Source: Saprospirales bacterium (GTDB taxonomy: Bacteria > Bacteroidota > Bacteroidia > Chitinophagales > Saprospiraceae). From it: 64,000 bases of DNA. The DNA is taken from positions 11,231 through 75,230 of the forward strand of contig PAAY01000027.1 of assembly GCA_002698985.1 (NCBI GenBank), in the 5' to 3' direction. The position numbers and the translations under genes were made by a program. The notes under the pieces were generated by a model that saw nothing but the letters and a program-made list of their open reading frames with translations, was not told where the DNA came from and did not search any database. The first letter of the stretch is position 1, and the number at the start of each line of letters is the position of its first letter. This document shows, piece by piece, positions 55,001 to 64,000 of the stretch.

Positions 55001-58000
55001 CACCGGGTTTTGGTAGCTGTGCTGCAAGTTGACGGTGGTGAAATTGTGGTCAACACTCACGGTTCCGAATTCACCGAACACCTCTCCCGTTTCCGTTTTC
55101 AAGGCTCCGTCTCCCTCGATGGCCATGTAGCCGAGGTATTCCAGACCGTGATTCGTTTCCGGATCGAGGGAGGTTTCCTCCTGACAGCGGATGTTCACCA
55201 TGTTGCCGTTCAGCGAACTGATCAGCGGATAAACCGGGTTGTTCTCGTTGTAGGTCATTACCGAGGGGAGCAGTCCTGGAGCACTGAAGTTTTGCGTCCA
55301 ATAAATCTGAGTGGGCGAGCTGTCGAACAACTTCTTCCCGGCCTCCAGAATGACGCCGTTGTCATCAAAAGCACCTTCCTCGATGGCAATCCAGGCAACA
55401 CTTTCTTCGGCGTGTGTTCCATCTGCTGCTTCTTCCTCCTGCACCCGCAATTGGAACTGGGTGGTGGAAACATTGCGCAAGCGAGGCGCAACAGCCGCTG
55501 CATCATTTTCCGAAACAATTTGCGTCAGCACCACAGGCTGTGTGGTGAACTGAATCGGGAAGCCGACTGTCTTCCAGCGGTTGGTTACGTTGTGCATGAC
55601 CCCGGCCACCATGCGTTTGCCGTTGGGCAGGGTGTACACCCGGTAGATGTTGGGTGCCGTGAGGTCCTGCACGGTGATGACCTGCTGGTCGCTAATGCTG
55701 TTGCCGCAATAATCCACGGCCACCCAGGTGCGTGTGAACTGGTAACTGTACAACGAACAACTGTCAATGCCGATGGTAGCTTCTTCCTCCATGGACAGTG
55801 AAACACTCTGGCAATTTTCCCAGGCAGTCACCGTGGGTGCCAGTGGAAATTCTTCGTCGCAATGGATGGTCAGGTCAGCCGGAACATCCTGCAATATCGG
55901 CTTCTCTTTGTCCGTCAGGTCAATGAAGCACTGTGCCTGTACACAGCAGGAGGTGCCATCCACACAAACCTGGTAGATGAAAGCCTCAAAGCCACAGAAA
56001 GCACTGTTGGGTGTATAGAAAAATTCCCCGTTGGGATCCATCTCCACCACGCCGTTGGTTGCCTGTGTGACCAGCGAGTAGGTCACTGCCATTGTGGCTG
56101 TGTCGTTGTCGGCCACATTGCCGTAGAAGACAAATCCAGGGCAGGCGGCGTTGTAGCTGTCGTTCAGCACCGCAGGCAGCGGTGTGTATAGTTTCGTCAC
56201 AATGTTGGAGTAGGCCCAATCGCCGCAGGGTTGGCGGCGCACTTTCCGGCGGTACTGGGTGGTGACGTTGATGCTGCCGGGGGTATAGGTGGCCTCGTTG
56301 GCACCGGCTATATCCTGCCAGGCCGTCCAACCGCCGTTGCCGTCGCTCTCGCGCTTCTCCCACTGGTATTCTGTGCTGCCACCCCATCCTCCTGAAGGCT
56401 CACCAGCCACGATGATGGTTTTGGGTGTGGAGGTGCCGCAGAGGTCTTCGTCACTGCCGATGCTTCCGCCATCGGTAAAGTTGGAAACGATGGCAAGGCT
56501 GGTGTCTTTGGTGCTTTGACACCCATCGAGGGTCAGTGAAAGAACCACTTGCTTTTCTCCACCAGCATTATAGGTTACGTTGTGAGGTCCTGTTCCTGTT
56601 GCAGTGGCAGGGCTGGCACCTGCGCCGAAGTTCCAGCTCATGGTCGGGTTGGTATTCCCTTCGGGCAAAGCCTGAATGATGACCGTGGTACCCAGGCAGG
56701 TGGTATCCGTTGAGAGGATGATGTTAGCCGAAGGCGGAGTGGGCTCATTCAGTGAAACACTGGTTCCGGAAACGGCACAATCGCCACCGGCATACCGCAC
56801 CTGAACGTTGTAAAGTCCTGCAGGCAAGTTGCTGAAGGTCAGCGGTTCAGCCTGCCAGGTGGCACCACCGTCGATGCTGGCCTCCAGGCTGGTGCCTGTT
56901 GGGTGTGTGGCGCTGATGCTGATTTGTCCGTCGGACAAACCACAGCCACTTGGGCCTGTGCCCTCTGCATGGATGTTGGTTAACTCCGGCCTTACATTGA
57001 AGCTCTTGCTGTCCGTGTCCTGGCAGCCGAAACGGTTCACAGTCAGTTGTACATTGACGGTGGTGGACGGATTGAGTTGCGAAACATCAAAGGTGACGAA
57101 ATGCGGGCCGGGTCCGCTGGCGGTAGCGGGTGTTGCCGCCGATCCGAAGTTCCAGGAATAGGTTGCCCCGAAACCGCCAGATGCTGCTGCGAATTCATAG
57201 GTCGTGTTTTCGCAGAGGTAGTTGCCCCCTGTGGGGTAGGTGCTTATTTGCGCTGTCAGGTCGGGTAGCACCGTTTTGGTTACCACGTTGGAGTTGATCC
57301 AGTTGGAGCAGGGGGTGCGAACGGCCTGCCTGCGGTAATGGGTGGTTTGGCTGATGGTGGGTGGATCGTAATAAGCCGTGCTCACCCCGGATATGGTGGT
57401 CCAGTTGATGCCGTCGGTGCTTTGCTGCCAACGGTACACGAGGTAACCGCCGCTGCCGCCATCGGCGTCAAAGTCGTTGATGATCAGGTCGGGGTCATAG
57501 CTGCCGCAGTTGCTCTCATCACCGGCTATCAATCCACCGTCGTTGGTGTTTTTGACCACGGTCTTTACCACAGAATTGGTATAGCTGAACCCAGTGCATG
57601 GTGAGCGCCTTGCACCTCTGCGGTACCAGGTGGTCTGCAGGATGCTTCCCGGGTTGTAGGTCTCGAAAATGGCTCCCGGAATGTCGTACCAGTAGTAGTT
57701 GTCAATGCTGTATTGCCATTGGTATTCCAATTGACCGAATGCTCCTCCTGTGGCTTCTACCACACTGGTAATCTCAGCCGGGTCAAAGGGGCCACAGTTG
57801 TCTTCATTGCCGGCAATGGCACCTGGGTCGCTGATGTTCTCCACTACGTATTTTGCCACCGGTGTGGTGTAAATGTAGTTGCTGCAACCGTACTCCGTAG
57901 CACCCCGGCGGTACCAGGTAGTTTGGCTGATGGCCGGAGGATCGTAATTCTCCTGATTGGCTCCCGGGATCAGGGTCCAGTTAGCGCCATTGTCGGTGCT

Positions 58001-61000
58001 TTGTTCCCAAATGTAGCTGGGGTTCGGGTTGTCATTGCCCGAAGGAGCTTCAAGACTGCTGATGATGGCCGGGTCATAGCCACCACACAGGGTTTCTTCC
58101 CCGCCGATGGTACCTGGATTGGTGAGGTCGTCTTTGAATGTCTTGATCACAATGTTTGAATACAGCCAGTCGCTGCATCCATAGATACGGGCTCCGCGGC
58201 GGAACCAGGTTTCCTGGGTGATGGCCGGTGGGTCGTAAAATGCACTGTCGGCGTTGGGGATCACTGCCCAGTTCTGGCCTCCATCGGTGCTGGATTCCCA
58301 TTTGTATTCGATGCTGCCGTTGATGCCGCCTGATGGCAGGCTGGCCTGGGTGATGATGGCAGGGTCAAAGGGTGATTCGCAAGCGGTCTCATCGCCCCAG
58401 ATGGCGCCACCGTCGGTGAAGTTGCCGCTGCTCTCGATGGTGAATGACTGCTGGATGAGGCAGCCGGAAGCTGAACTGATGGCTACGGAATAAGCGCCGG
58501 GTGTCAGGTTCTGACGGTTGTTGTATCCCTGCGCCATTTCGGCGATCACATTTGCCGGAACGGCCTGCTCAAAGAAATAGCGAACGTCGTCCATCCGGCC
58601 CGTGTAATAATTGCCGCTGCCGGTAATGCAGGAGCCATTCACTGCGGCACCGAGACCTCCGTTGTTTCCGTGATTTTTCACACTGTTGAAAGAAGCAGTC
58701 ACAGTGGTGCCGGGATTGCCATCCAGGTAGAGGGTGTATTGCCCGTTGTCAAATACAGCGGCCACGTGGTGCCATTTTCCATCGTTGGGGAAGCTGTGGT
58801 TGCCGGCCTCGAACAGCGGTCCGGTTTTAACGGCGGCTCTGAGCAGGTTGTCGTCCAAAAAGATGATCATGCCGTTGCCACTGCCACCTTCTTCGTAAAG
58901 CACCTGGGTGCCATGCAGGTCATCCGGTTTTACCCACATGCTCACGGTGAGCTGGCTGAATTCAACCTCCATGAAATTGTTGTCCACACTGTATCGGACA
59001 TAAGTGCTGCCGTTGAAGTAAGCTGATTGCTTGCCCTGTACGGCGTCATCGTCGTAGATCAGGTACCCGTCAACACCATTGTCGTGGTGGTTGTTTCCGG
59101 ACAGGTCGTCTGGATTGCCTTCAAAAGTCCACCAGGCGGTTTCGGGGTAGTCGCTCCAGGTGCAAGTGTAGGGGGCGTCGTTGCCCGAGGCAGTGATCTC
59201 GATGGCTCCCACATCATTGCCACAGTTTGCATTGATGACATTGTATGTGAAATTGTTGCCATTGTCGCCGCAATCAGGGTCGGCACAGTCCACCAATCCG
59301 TCCAGGTCGTCGTCGATTCCGTTGTCGCAGATTTCCGGCTCACAAACCGGAATCAGGGCAGATCCCGGAATGATGGTCCAGGTATTGATGCCAGGTCCTT
59401 GCCAGTAAACCTGGAAGTGATCGCCGCCACCTCCTTCCTTGTGCAGCAATTCGATGTAATACTTCTCGCCCTGTACCAGGGCAATGGAGGCAGAGGTCTG
59501 TTCCGGATACTTGTTGTGTTCGGTAGTGCCGGTCCAGCCAGAGACCCCGGCAATTTGAACCTTGTTGCTGAAAGTGGAATCCGTGCTCAGGTACAGGCGG
59601 GTTTCATCGTCGGAAGTGACATTGAAGGTGTAGTTTCCTGTTGCCGGAGGCACTAGCCATCCCATGACCCTGGTTCCGTAATTGTCGTCGGAATTGGCCG
59701 GCCACTGGAAACTGTTCAGCAAGCCCTTTTCATCGAAGTTATTGGGGTAGTTGGCATTGGTGATCAGGTCTGCCACCGTTGATCCACCGATACCGCCCCA
59801 CTTCTGGTAAGAGAGGCCTCCCGTTCCGCAATCCGTTTCCTGAAGGCAGTTAACTTTTGAGAGATAGACTGCGTCGATGGCTACACCTACATCTTCCCTC
59901 GATGAGGTGAACACAAAGTTGGAAATGGGATCCTGGCTGTCGTAGGTGAAGGTGTACTCATATTTCTTCCAGGCCAGGTTGCTAAAGCTTTTACTTTGCG
60001 GAACCGACCATTGGGCAACTGATGAAAACCCACTTACAAAGGTGAATTCAAGTTTCAATACACCCGATTTTTGGGTTGCCGGACCACCATCAGGAAGTCC
60101 GTTTGAACCGATGGATTCTGCCCAGGATGCTGCATAGAAACAGAAGGTATAGGTTTCTCCATCCTCCAGTTTCAGTTGGTTGGAGAAATCCGTCGAGGAC
60201 ACCCAGCAATCGTCGCTGTTGGGCAGCCATACGAAATAGTCGCCCTCCGGGTTGTTTACATTGTCCTGTGTGTCGTCGATGAGGAACATGTAGTCGCTGG
60301 TCAAACCCGGCGTCCAGGGTTTTACGGTTTGGTTACCGTTGCCGAGGGCCATGGCCGGGCTGCCCTGGATGTTGAGGTTGAAATTGGGACTGAAGAGTTC
60401 TTCAAAGCCACCATTTGGCACCAGGTTGTCAGAACAGCCACAGGTAAGGTCATAGGGGCCGCCACCCGGTGGGCTTGTGACGGTGATACAAAAATCATCC
60501 ACGAAAAGTGAGCTGTTGGAGCCCCCTTCTTTGTAGGCACCTATCTCTACTTTGGCGGTGCCGGCCGGTGCCGTTCCGACGAAAGAAAAGAAAGTGTATT
60601 CGGTGAGGTTATTCTGAATGGGTTGGATGATGTAATCCCCCAGCAACTGGTCGTTGGCATCGAGGAAACCGAAATAGAGCTCGGCATAGCTGGTTGGCTC
60701 ATCGCTGATCTTTGCCCAGGCTGACACTTCATAAGTCACACCTGCTGAAGCATCGATGATCTGATAAAGTTGAGCGCTGTAACTGTCGAGGCTGGCTGCC
60801 AGGGTTCCGCTGTAGGCATCACTGGAGGTTATCACGTCGTTGTCAACCGTCCAACCGGTCAGTCCGTATTCGAAGCCTGCGTTGACAATCGCTCCGCAAC
60901 CACAGCTTGCGTGGTTCTCGCAATCCGGATCTTCGCAATCGGTCAGGCCATCTCCGTCGTCATCGATACCGTTTCCGCAGAGTTCATTGGCTTGAAAGCC

Positions 61001-64000
61001 GAAGTCCACCGTCAGGTCGTAGTTGTCATCGTCGGCAGCATCCATGTCGTTGCCGTCACCGGTTTCGGTGCCGGCATCGGTGGGTTCGGCGTTGGCCGTC
61101 AGGCTGATCACAGCACTTGAAATACCCGTACTGGCCGGATTGACCGCATCCAGTCCGTTTTCATCGGCATCGTCGTCCAGTTGGTTGTCGCCGCCGCCGC
61201 CGGCAATGGAGAACATGCCATCCAGAGGCGCTCCCGGACCGAATTCAGAAGCAGGAATGTGGACGAAGTAATCGCCCTCTTCCAGGTTTTCGAAGAGGTA
61301 ACGCCCGCCAAATGCCGTGTAAGTCTCATGAACGGGAATACCGTTTTGCGGATCCTGACCGGAAGCAAAAAGCTGGATTTTTACATAGTCCTTGCCTTCG
61401 CCGGCATCGCAAATGCCATTTTTATTGGCATCGTAAAAGACGAGGTTGCCGATACCGGTTTTTTCTGCCGGGCAGGCATTGAACATGGCCGATGCCTCAA
61501 AGTCGGGGTCGGAAGGCATACCAGGCGCACCGAGGAATGTGGAAAGCTCCACGTTGTTGCCATTGGAACCGATGGTCACTTCGATGAATTTGTGGTTCTT
61601 GTTGTCAACGGCAATGAGCTTGTTGTGGAGGAAGTCCCAGGTCAGGGATTCGATGTCGGTGTTGCTGGCCACACCGCCGGGCATGTTGTTGTCGGCAATG
61701 GCAATGATGGCTCCGGTATTTTTATCTATTTCATACAATTCCTGATCGGTGCCGTCGGCCACATACAGGCGGCCGTCGTTGGTGATCTCCATGCCATCTA
61801 CGTATTTGTTGGCCTCACCAAGCCCCGATATCGGTCCAACATAGTTTAGTGAAGTGACGGCCATCACATTGCTGTTCAAGTCCCCCAGGCTCAGGTAGTA
61901 AAGGTCGTCTGTGGTGCTGCTTGAATTTTGTGAGCCATCCTTTGGGTCGGAAGTATAAAGTCGATTGGTCTCTGGGTCAAAGGCTAGATTTTCCATGGCA
62001 TGACCACTTGGCTGCAGCACATGGCCCAATAGCGTCAGAATGATATTCCCGGCATTGTCCTCGGCTTCGTTGAGGTCATAAGTCCACAAAGATTGTGAAT
62101 CATCCGGGGCACCATCAATGTGGTCAGAGGAAAAGATGTAGGCCCTGCCAGTGTATTTGTTCACTGCCATGGCTTCGATGTCGCCTCCCTGGGCAATATC
62201 AGTGATCTGGCCGGTTTGAGGATGAATGAACTTGAGGCGGCCGAAGTCAACGGCCGTATTCACCGGATCATTGTAATCGTAAAATGCCCAAAGGTGGAGA
62301 TGGTCTGAACCATCACTTTCTTCGTCAATGAGCCAAATTGGAAGTTGATTTGGTACGGAGTTGCAGTCAAAACTGCTGTTATAGCAGTTTACATCCACCC
62401 AAACAGTTCCTGCCAAAACGAAGGATTGTCCATTGCCCGAAGGGGAATTGATTTCAACGGTGAGCAACTGAGTTTCCGGAGCAACATCTTGCAATACGAT
62501 TTCAACGATGTCAATGCAACATCCGTTGGGGAATCCGCTTCCGTTGGGTCCCCATTTCTTCGTCAAACTCGTGGTAACATTGCCGGCTGTGGCGGTGAAG
62601 TTGAGTATTCTGTCGTCGTAGGTCAATTCCGAAACGGGAAGGCGCAGGGTGATGTCCCTCGGCTCTGTGCCGGTGGGGATCATGAAATTGAGGGTCTCGG
62701 TGGTGTTGTAACCGCCGATGGTGGTGAACTCGGTCACAGCGCTTTTTCCGGAACTGCCACTTTTGTAAATAAAGGCTACGATCGACTGTGCATTGCTTTC
62801 GGAGCTTTGGTTGTCGTAATAAACATAGGTAGTCGGCGGCAACTTGGTCCGGTAAACATATGCTCCGGAACCTACCGGTATGCGGCTAGCTGTGTAACCG
62901 TCGTTGTTGTCGTCGTAAATGGTGATGGTGGAACCTGGGTTTCCGGACTTGTAAACGATTTCAACGAATACAGAATCCATGTTGGCAGTGGAACCCAACT
63001 GAAGTGTTTTGGGAACCACATTTTTCAGCCCCTCCCATACGAGTTCAATGGTCCGGTTCTCTCCGCACTCAATTTCAGGCGTGAATTCATTGCCGCCACA
63101 ACAGGCACCGGCCTGGTAGTTTTGCAGGACTTCTGCTGCACTGATGGCCTTGTTGTAGAAAGCTACTGAATGGATATCGCCAAGCCAGGTCCGGTCTTGG
63201 GTCAGTTCATTGCCAAAGGCGAGTTTGTAAGTGTCATCCCAATTGGAGATGTTGCCGCTTCTGGTTCCGCTGTATTTTTCGATGCCATCCACGTATAGTT
63301 TTTCCGTTCCGGAATTGGCATCCCAGGTGTACACCACATGCTGGGCAGCGGCTGAACTCAATCCACCGGCCACAGCTTCGGGCATGCCGTTGTTGTCTCC
63401 GCCGCTGGTGGTTCTGTTTCTTACAATGTAGTTGGTGTTGGTTTGGCCGAGTGTAAAGTTTCTTTCGTAGGGATTCTTTGAAATGGTGACAATTCTGGCC
63501 GGGCCTGATTGCGACTGGCTTGCTGGCTTCACCCAGGCCTCCACGGTCATGGCATTTGTTGATTTAAGGGCTGAAATGACCTTGGAAGCTGCACCTCCCG
63601 TTTGGATAATGGTTCCACTGTTGATGGATAAACCGCAGTCCTGGTTCCAGGATATATTCGATGGGTTGAGCACAGTCAGGTGAAGGGGGCTGCCGCTGCT
63701 TGTCACGTCGTGAATGGTGGCGCCATTTCCTTCCCTGAAGTTGTAATAGGCGATAAGTCCGGTATTGATCCTTGCACTGCAAGTGTCCGGCTGGCAGTCG
63801 GAGCAACTTGGGTCAGCGCAGTCAATCAGCCCATCCCCATCGTCGTCAATGCCATTGTCACAATCTTCCGTGCCACATTCGGGTGTAAACCATACCGCAT
63901 CAAGGTCAACGTTGTAAACATTCAGTGTGGTGAATCTGAGGTAGCGGAAGTTGCTTTGAGCTGAAAGTGTCTGTGTGAAATAAGTAGTGGAAGAAAATGA
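52064..64000 (-). CDS. Giant multidomain surface protein/adhesin (5' end outside window; >3,978 codons)
   Basis: I translated the frame by hand from 63707 to 64000 and found no stop, so the GTG at 63706 in the ORF track is not the start. Domains recognised by motif: two LamG-like jelly rolls (about 63180-63700 and 58560-59130), three CxNGIDDDxDGLxDCxDPxC modules, a beta-propeller-like region, an SdrD-B/Cna-B-like domain, CBM-like domains, PA14 (about 59385-59835), 4+1 copies of a ~95-aa repeat, PKD-like and HYR-like domains, a ~500-aa Asp-rich TSP3-like calcium-binding region (about 52880-54375) and a dockerin-like C-terminus. Confidence 0.88.
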   Translation of the reverse strand, partial: SFSSTTYFTQTLSAQSNFRYLRFTTLNVYNVDLDAVWFTPECGTEDCDNGIDDDGDGLIDCADPSCSDCQPDTCSARINTGLIAYYNFREGNGATIHDVTSSGSPLHLTVLNPSNISWNQDCGLSINSGTIIQTGGAASKVISALKSTNAMTVEAWVKPASQSQSGPARIVTISKNPYERNFTLGQTNTNYIVRNRTTSGGDNNGMPEAVAGGLSSAAAQHVVYTWDANSGTEKLYVDGIEKYSGTRSGNISNWDDTYKLAFGNELTQDRTWLGDIHSVAFYNKAISAAEVLQNYQAGACCGGNEFTPEIECGENRTIELVWEGLKNVVPKTLQLGSTANMDSVFVEIVYKSGNPGSTITIYDDNNDGYTASRIPVGSGAYVYRTKLPPTTYVYYDNQSSESNAQSIVAFIYKSGSSGKSAVTEFTTIGGYNTTETLNFMIPTGTEPRDITLRLPVSELTYDDRILNFTATAGNVTTSLTKKWGPNGSGFPNGCCIDIVEIVLQDVAPETQLLTVEINSPSGNGQSFVLAGTVWVDVNCYNSSFDCNSVPNQLPIWLIDEESDGSDHLHLWAFYDYNDPVNTAVDFGRLKFIHPQTGQITDIAQGGDIEAMAVNKYTGRAYIFSSDHIDGAPDDSQSLWTYDLNEAEDNAGNIILTLLGHVLQPSGHAMENLAFDPETNRLYTSDPKDGSQNSSSTTDDLYYLSLGDLNSNVMAVTSLNYVGPISGLGEANKYVDGMEITNDGRLYVADGTDQELYEIDKNTGAIIAIADNNMPGGVASNTDIESLTWDFLHNKLIAVDNKNHKFIEVTIGSNGNNVELSTFLGAPGMPSDPDFEASAMFNACPAEKTGIGNLVFYDANKNGICDAGEGKDYVKIQLFASGQDPQNGIPVHETYTAFGGRYLFENLEEGDYFVHIPASEFGPGAPLDGMFSIAGGGGDNQLDDDADENGLDAVNPASTGISSAVISLTANAEPTDAGTETGDGNDMDAADDDNYDLTVDFGFQANELCGNGIDDDGDGLTDCEDPDCENHASCGCGAIVNAGFEYGLTGWTVDNDVITSSDAYSGTLAASLDSYSAQLYQIIDASAGVTYEVSAWAKISDEPTSYAELYFGFLDANDQLLGDYIIQPIQNNLTEYTFFSFVGTAPAGTAKVEIGAYKEGGSNSSLFVDDFCITVTSPPGGGPYDLTCGCSDNLVPNGGFEELFSPNFNLNIQGSPAMALGNGNQTVKPWTPGLTSDYMFLIDDTQDNVNNPEGDYFVWLPNSDDCWVSSTDFSNQLKLEDGETYTFCFYAASWAESIGSNGLPDGGPATQKSGVLKLEFTFVSGFSSVAQWSVPQSKSFSNLAWKKYEYTFTYDSQDPISNFVFTSSREDVGVAIDAVYLSKVNCLQETDCGTGGLSYQKWGGIGGSTVADLITNANYPNNFDEKGLLNSFQWPANSDDNYGTRVMGWLVPPATGNYTFNVTSDDETRLYLSTDSTFSNKVQIAGVSGWTGTTEHNKYPEQTSASIALVQGEKYYIELLHKEGGGGDHFQVYWQGPGINTWTIIPGSALIPVCEPEICDNGIDDDLDGLVDCADPDCGDNGNNFTYNVINANCGNDVGAIEITASGNDAPYTCTWSDYPETAWWTFEGNPDDLSGNNHHDNGVDGYLIYDDDAVQGKQSAYFNGSTYVRYSVDNNFMEVEFSQLTVSMWVKPDDLHGTQVLYEEGGSGNGMIIFLDDNLLRAAVKTGPLFEAGNHSFPNDGKWHHVAAVFDNGQYTLYLDGNPGTTVTASFNSVKNHGNNGGLGAAVNGSCITGSGNYYTGRMDDVRYFFEQAVPANVIAEMAQGYNNRQNLTPGAYSVAISSASGCLIQQSFTIESSGNFTDGGAIWGDETACESPFDPAIITQASLPSGGINGSIEYKWESSTDGGQNWAVIPNADSAFYDPPAITQETWFRRGARIYGCSDWLYSNIVIKTFKDDLTNPGTIGGEETLCGGYDPAIISSLEAPSGNDNPNPSYIWEQSTDNGANWTLIPGANQENYDPPAISQTTWYRRGATEYGCSNYIYTTPVAKYVVENISDPGAIAGNEDNCGPFDPAEITSVVEATGGAFGQLEYQWQYSIDNYYWYDIPGAIFETYNPGSILQTTWYRRGARRSPCTGFSYTNSVVKTVVKNTNDGGLIAGDESNCGSYDPDLIINDFDADGGSGGYLVYRWQQSTDGINWTTISGVSTAYYDPPTISQTTHYRRQAVRTPCSNWINSNVVTKTVLPDLTAQISTYPTGGNYLCENTTYEFAAASGGFGATYSWNFGSAATPATASGPGPHFVTFDVSQLNPSTTVNVQLTVNRFGCQDTDSKSFNVRPELTNIHAEGTGPSGCGLSDGQISISATHPTGTSLEASIDGGATWQAEPLTFSNLPAGLYNVQVRYAGGDCAVSGTSVSLNEPTPPSANIILSTDTTCLGTTVIIQALPEGNTNPTMSWNFGAGASPATATGTGPHNVTYNAGGEKQVVLSLTLDGCQSTKDTSLAIVSNFTDGGSIGSDEDLCGTSTPKTIIVAGEPSGGWGGSTEYQWEKRESDGNGGWTAWQDIAGANEATYTPGSINVTTQYRRKVRRQPCGDWAYSNIVTKLYTPLPAVLNDSYNAACPGFVFYGNVADNDTATMAVTYSLVTQATNGVVEMDPNGEFFYTPNSAFCGFEAFIYQVCVDGTSCCVQAQCFIDLTDKEKPILQDVPADLTIHCDEEFPLAPTVTAWENCQSVSLSMEEEATIGIDSCSLYSYQFTRTWVAVDYCGNSISDQQVITVQDLTAPNIYRVYTLPNGKRMVAGVMHNVTNRWKTVGFPIQFTTQPVVLTQIVSENDAAAVAPRLRNVSTTQFQLRVQEEEAADGTHAEESVAWIAIEEGAFDDNGVILEAGKKLFDSSPTQIYWTQNFSAPGLLPSVMTYNENNPVYPLISSLNGNMVNIRCQEETSLDPETNHGLEYLGYMAIEGDGALKTETGEVFGEFGTVSVDHNFTTVNLQHSYQNPVVLLGGFRGTNGTPATIRARNVTTKSFEVHIDAWNYLSETHPAEELTYIVVEGSVPFDTHVECSEIPAPLNYGTEIFTVDNCDNTVPLTIIESPSTFDCGSDTTHSRTYYVQDECGNITAYTQYFVLSDTTMPTFTVPADITIPCTDDIHDLSITGDVTDEWDNCTENLQATYVDNYNFLNGCAGYILRTWSLIDRCGNMVTKVQRITVFNPNDNDDDGVPDPFDLDDDNDGIPDVDETTTDRDGDGIPNYLDLDADNDGVPDILETGFTDLNGDGVVDSFGEPDWDTDGDGLANEYDANDLDTSLLASDNYNRTDFQHDRDGDGVPNFLDADSDNDGIPDLIENGGLDVDGNGVIDYPVPSDPGSMPDDDGDGFCDWYDTDFDGIYGTDKLQMALLYSLPTDELASGTTGFNPDFDGDGVPDFLDRDSDNDGISDLLESGGVDSDGDGIVDAAVYEDSDSTGMADVYENLPLVKTDINTLDENDGRPYDYNDDGALVSDDKDLDGQPNRRDLESDGDGIVDIYECGNFDFDLDGDGISDLLTDANLDGMVDTLVGRMMTESDGLTPDGRPEDGLDVSTSAYVSFYPDGTFGDLNLEPDADDDGDNIPNFLDLDSDNDLLPDNIEDKNLNGRQDEGETGYLDEDSDDDYIIDGIEDTDKDGVYDVGPETDPLNPDTDGDTLIDGVEDANQDGEVDEPLESDPRDPCDPYLNANCIGVAVKLKVKLYGAMMGVGADTLMRDDLRAKDLIPTTEPYSAMPTYTNLENNGQTPLPAGTFDDKAESSIVDWVFVELRPSSAPKTVLATKTALLERDGEVTSTDGNPILMFDSIPSGEYYVVLRHRNHLGVTTENPLTLSPVPTEIDFTGNDHSLYGSHSTTTTFDGKYALWPGDLNGDHKVIYQGPYNDVFGMFFYVMTFQGNDLNLANFICQSYNNFDVNLDGRTIYQGPNNDRSMILFFTILKHPENSALLANYIVTEKLP

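Overview
This 64-kb window looks like a Bacteroidota chromosome, possibly from a Saprospiria-like gliding lineage. That placement is an inference from T9SS-type C-terminal sorting domains, lipoprotein signal peptides and a giant multidomain adhesin. I call about 39 protein genes. Housekeeping genes include guaA, a TrmH-family methyltransferase, peroxiredoxin, rmuC, adenine deaminase, a NupC transporter, recF, an FtsE-like ATPase, photolyase, msrB and a dipeptide epimerase. Many other genes encode secreted or surface proteins: an M14 carboxypeptidase, an FG-GAP/VCBS protein, an S9 peptidase, fasciclin and CAP proteins, and a transglutaminase-like protein. One ORF of more than 3,978 codons runs off the right edge. 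There is one intact IS3-family element and no rRNA, tRNA or CRISPR that I can support. Four things stand out. (1) A two-gene NLR-like module: a 128-aa helical protein ends in a motif (VNIQTNYGPINM) that reappears at the N-terminus (VNIEKNYGPVHM) of the adjacent NB-ARC/TPR STAND NTPase. This is the layout of amyloid or prion-like NLR signalling pairs. (2) A modular family of intergenic repeats fills nearly every larger intergenic gap. It combines tandem heptamer to decamer arrays, perfect palindromes, a GCTAGC hub and a roughly 100-bp core with phased AACTCTG units. Two gene blocks are bracketed by long inverted copies. (3) The same modules sit in frame inside a very GC-rich orphan DnaE2-like polymerase gene. 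(4) A separate roughly 115-bp MITE-like element lies in three copies upstream of the peroxiredoxin gene. All family calls come from motif recognition by eye; no database search was run.
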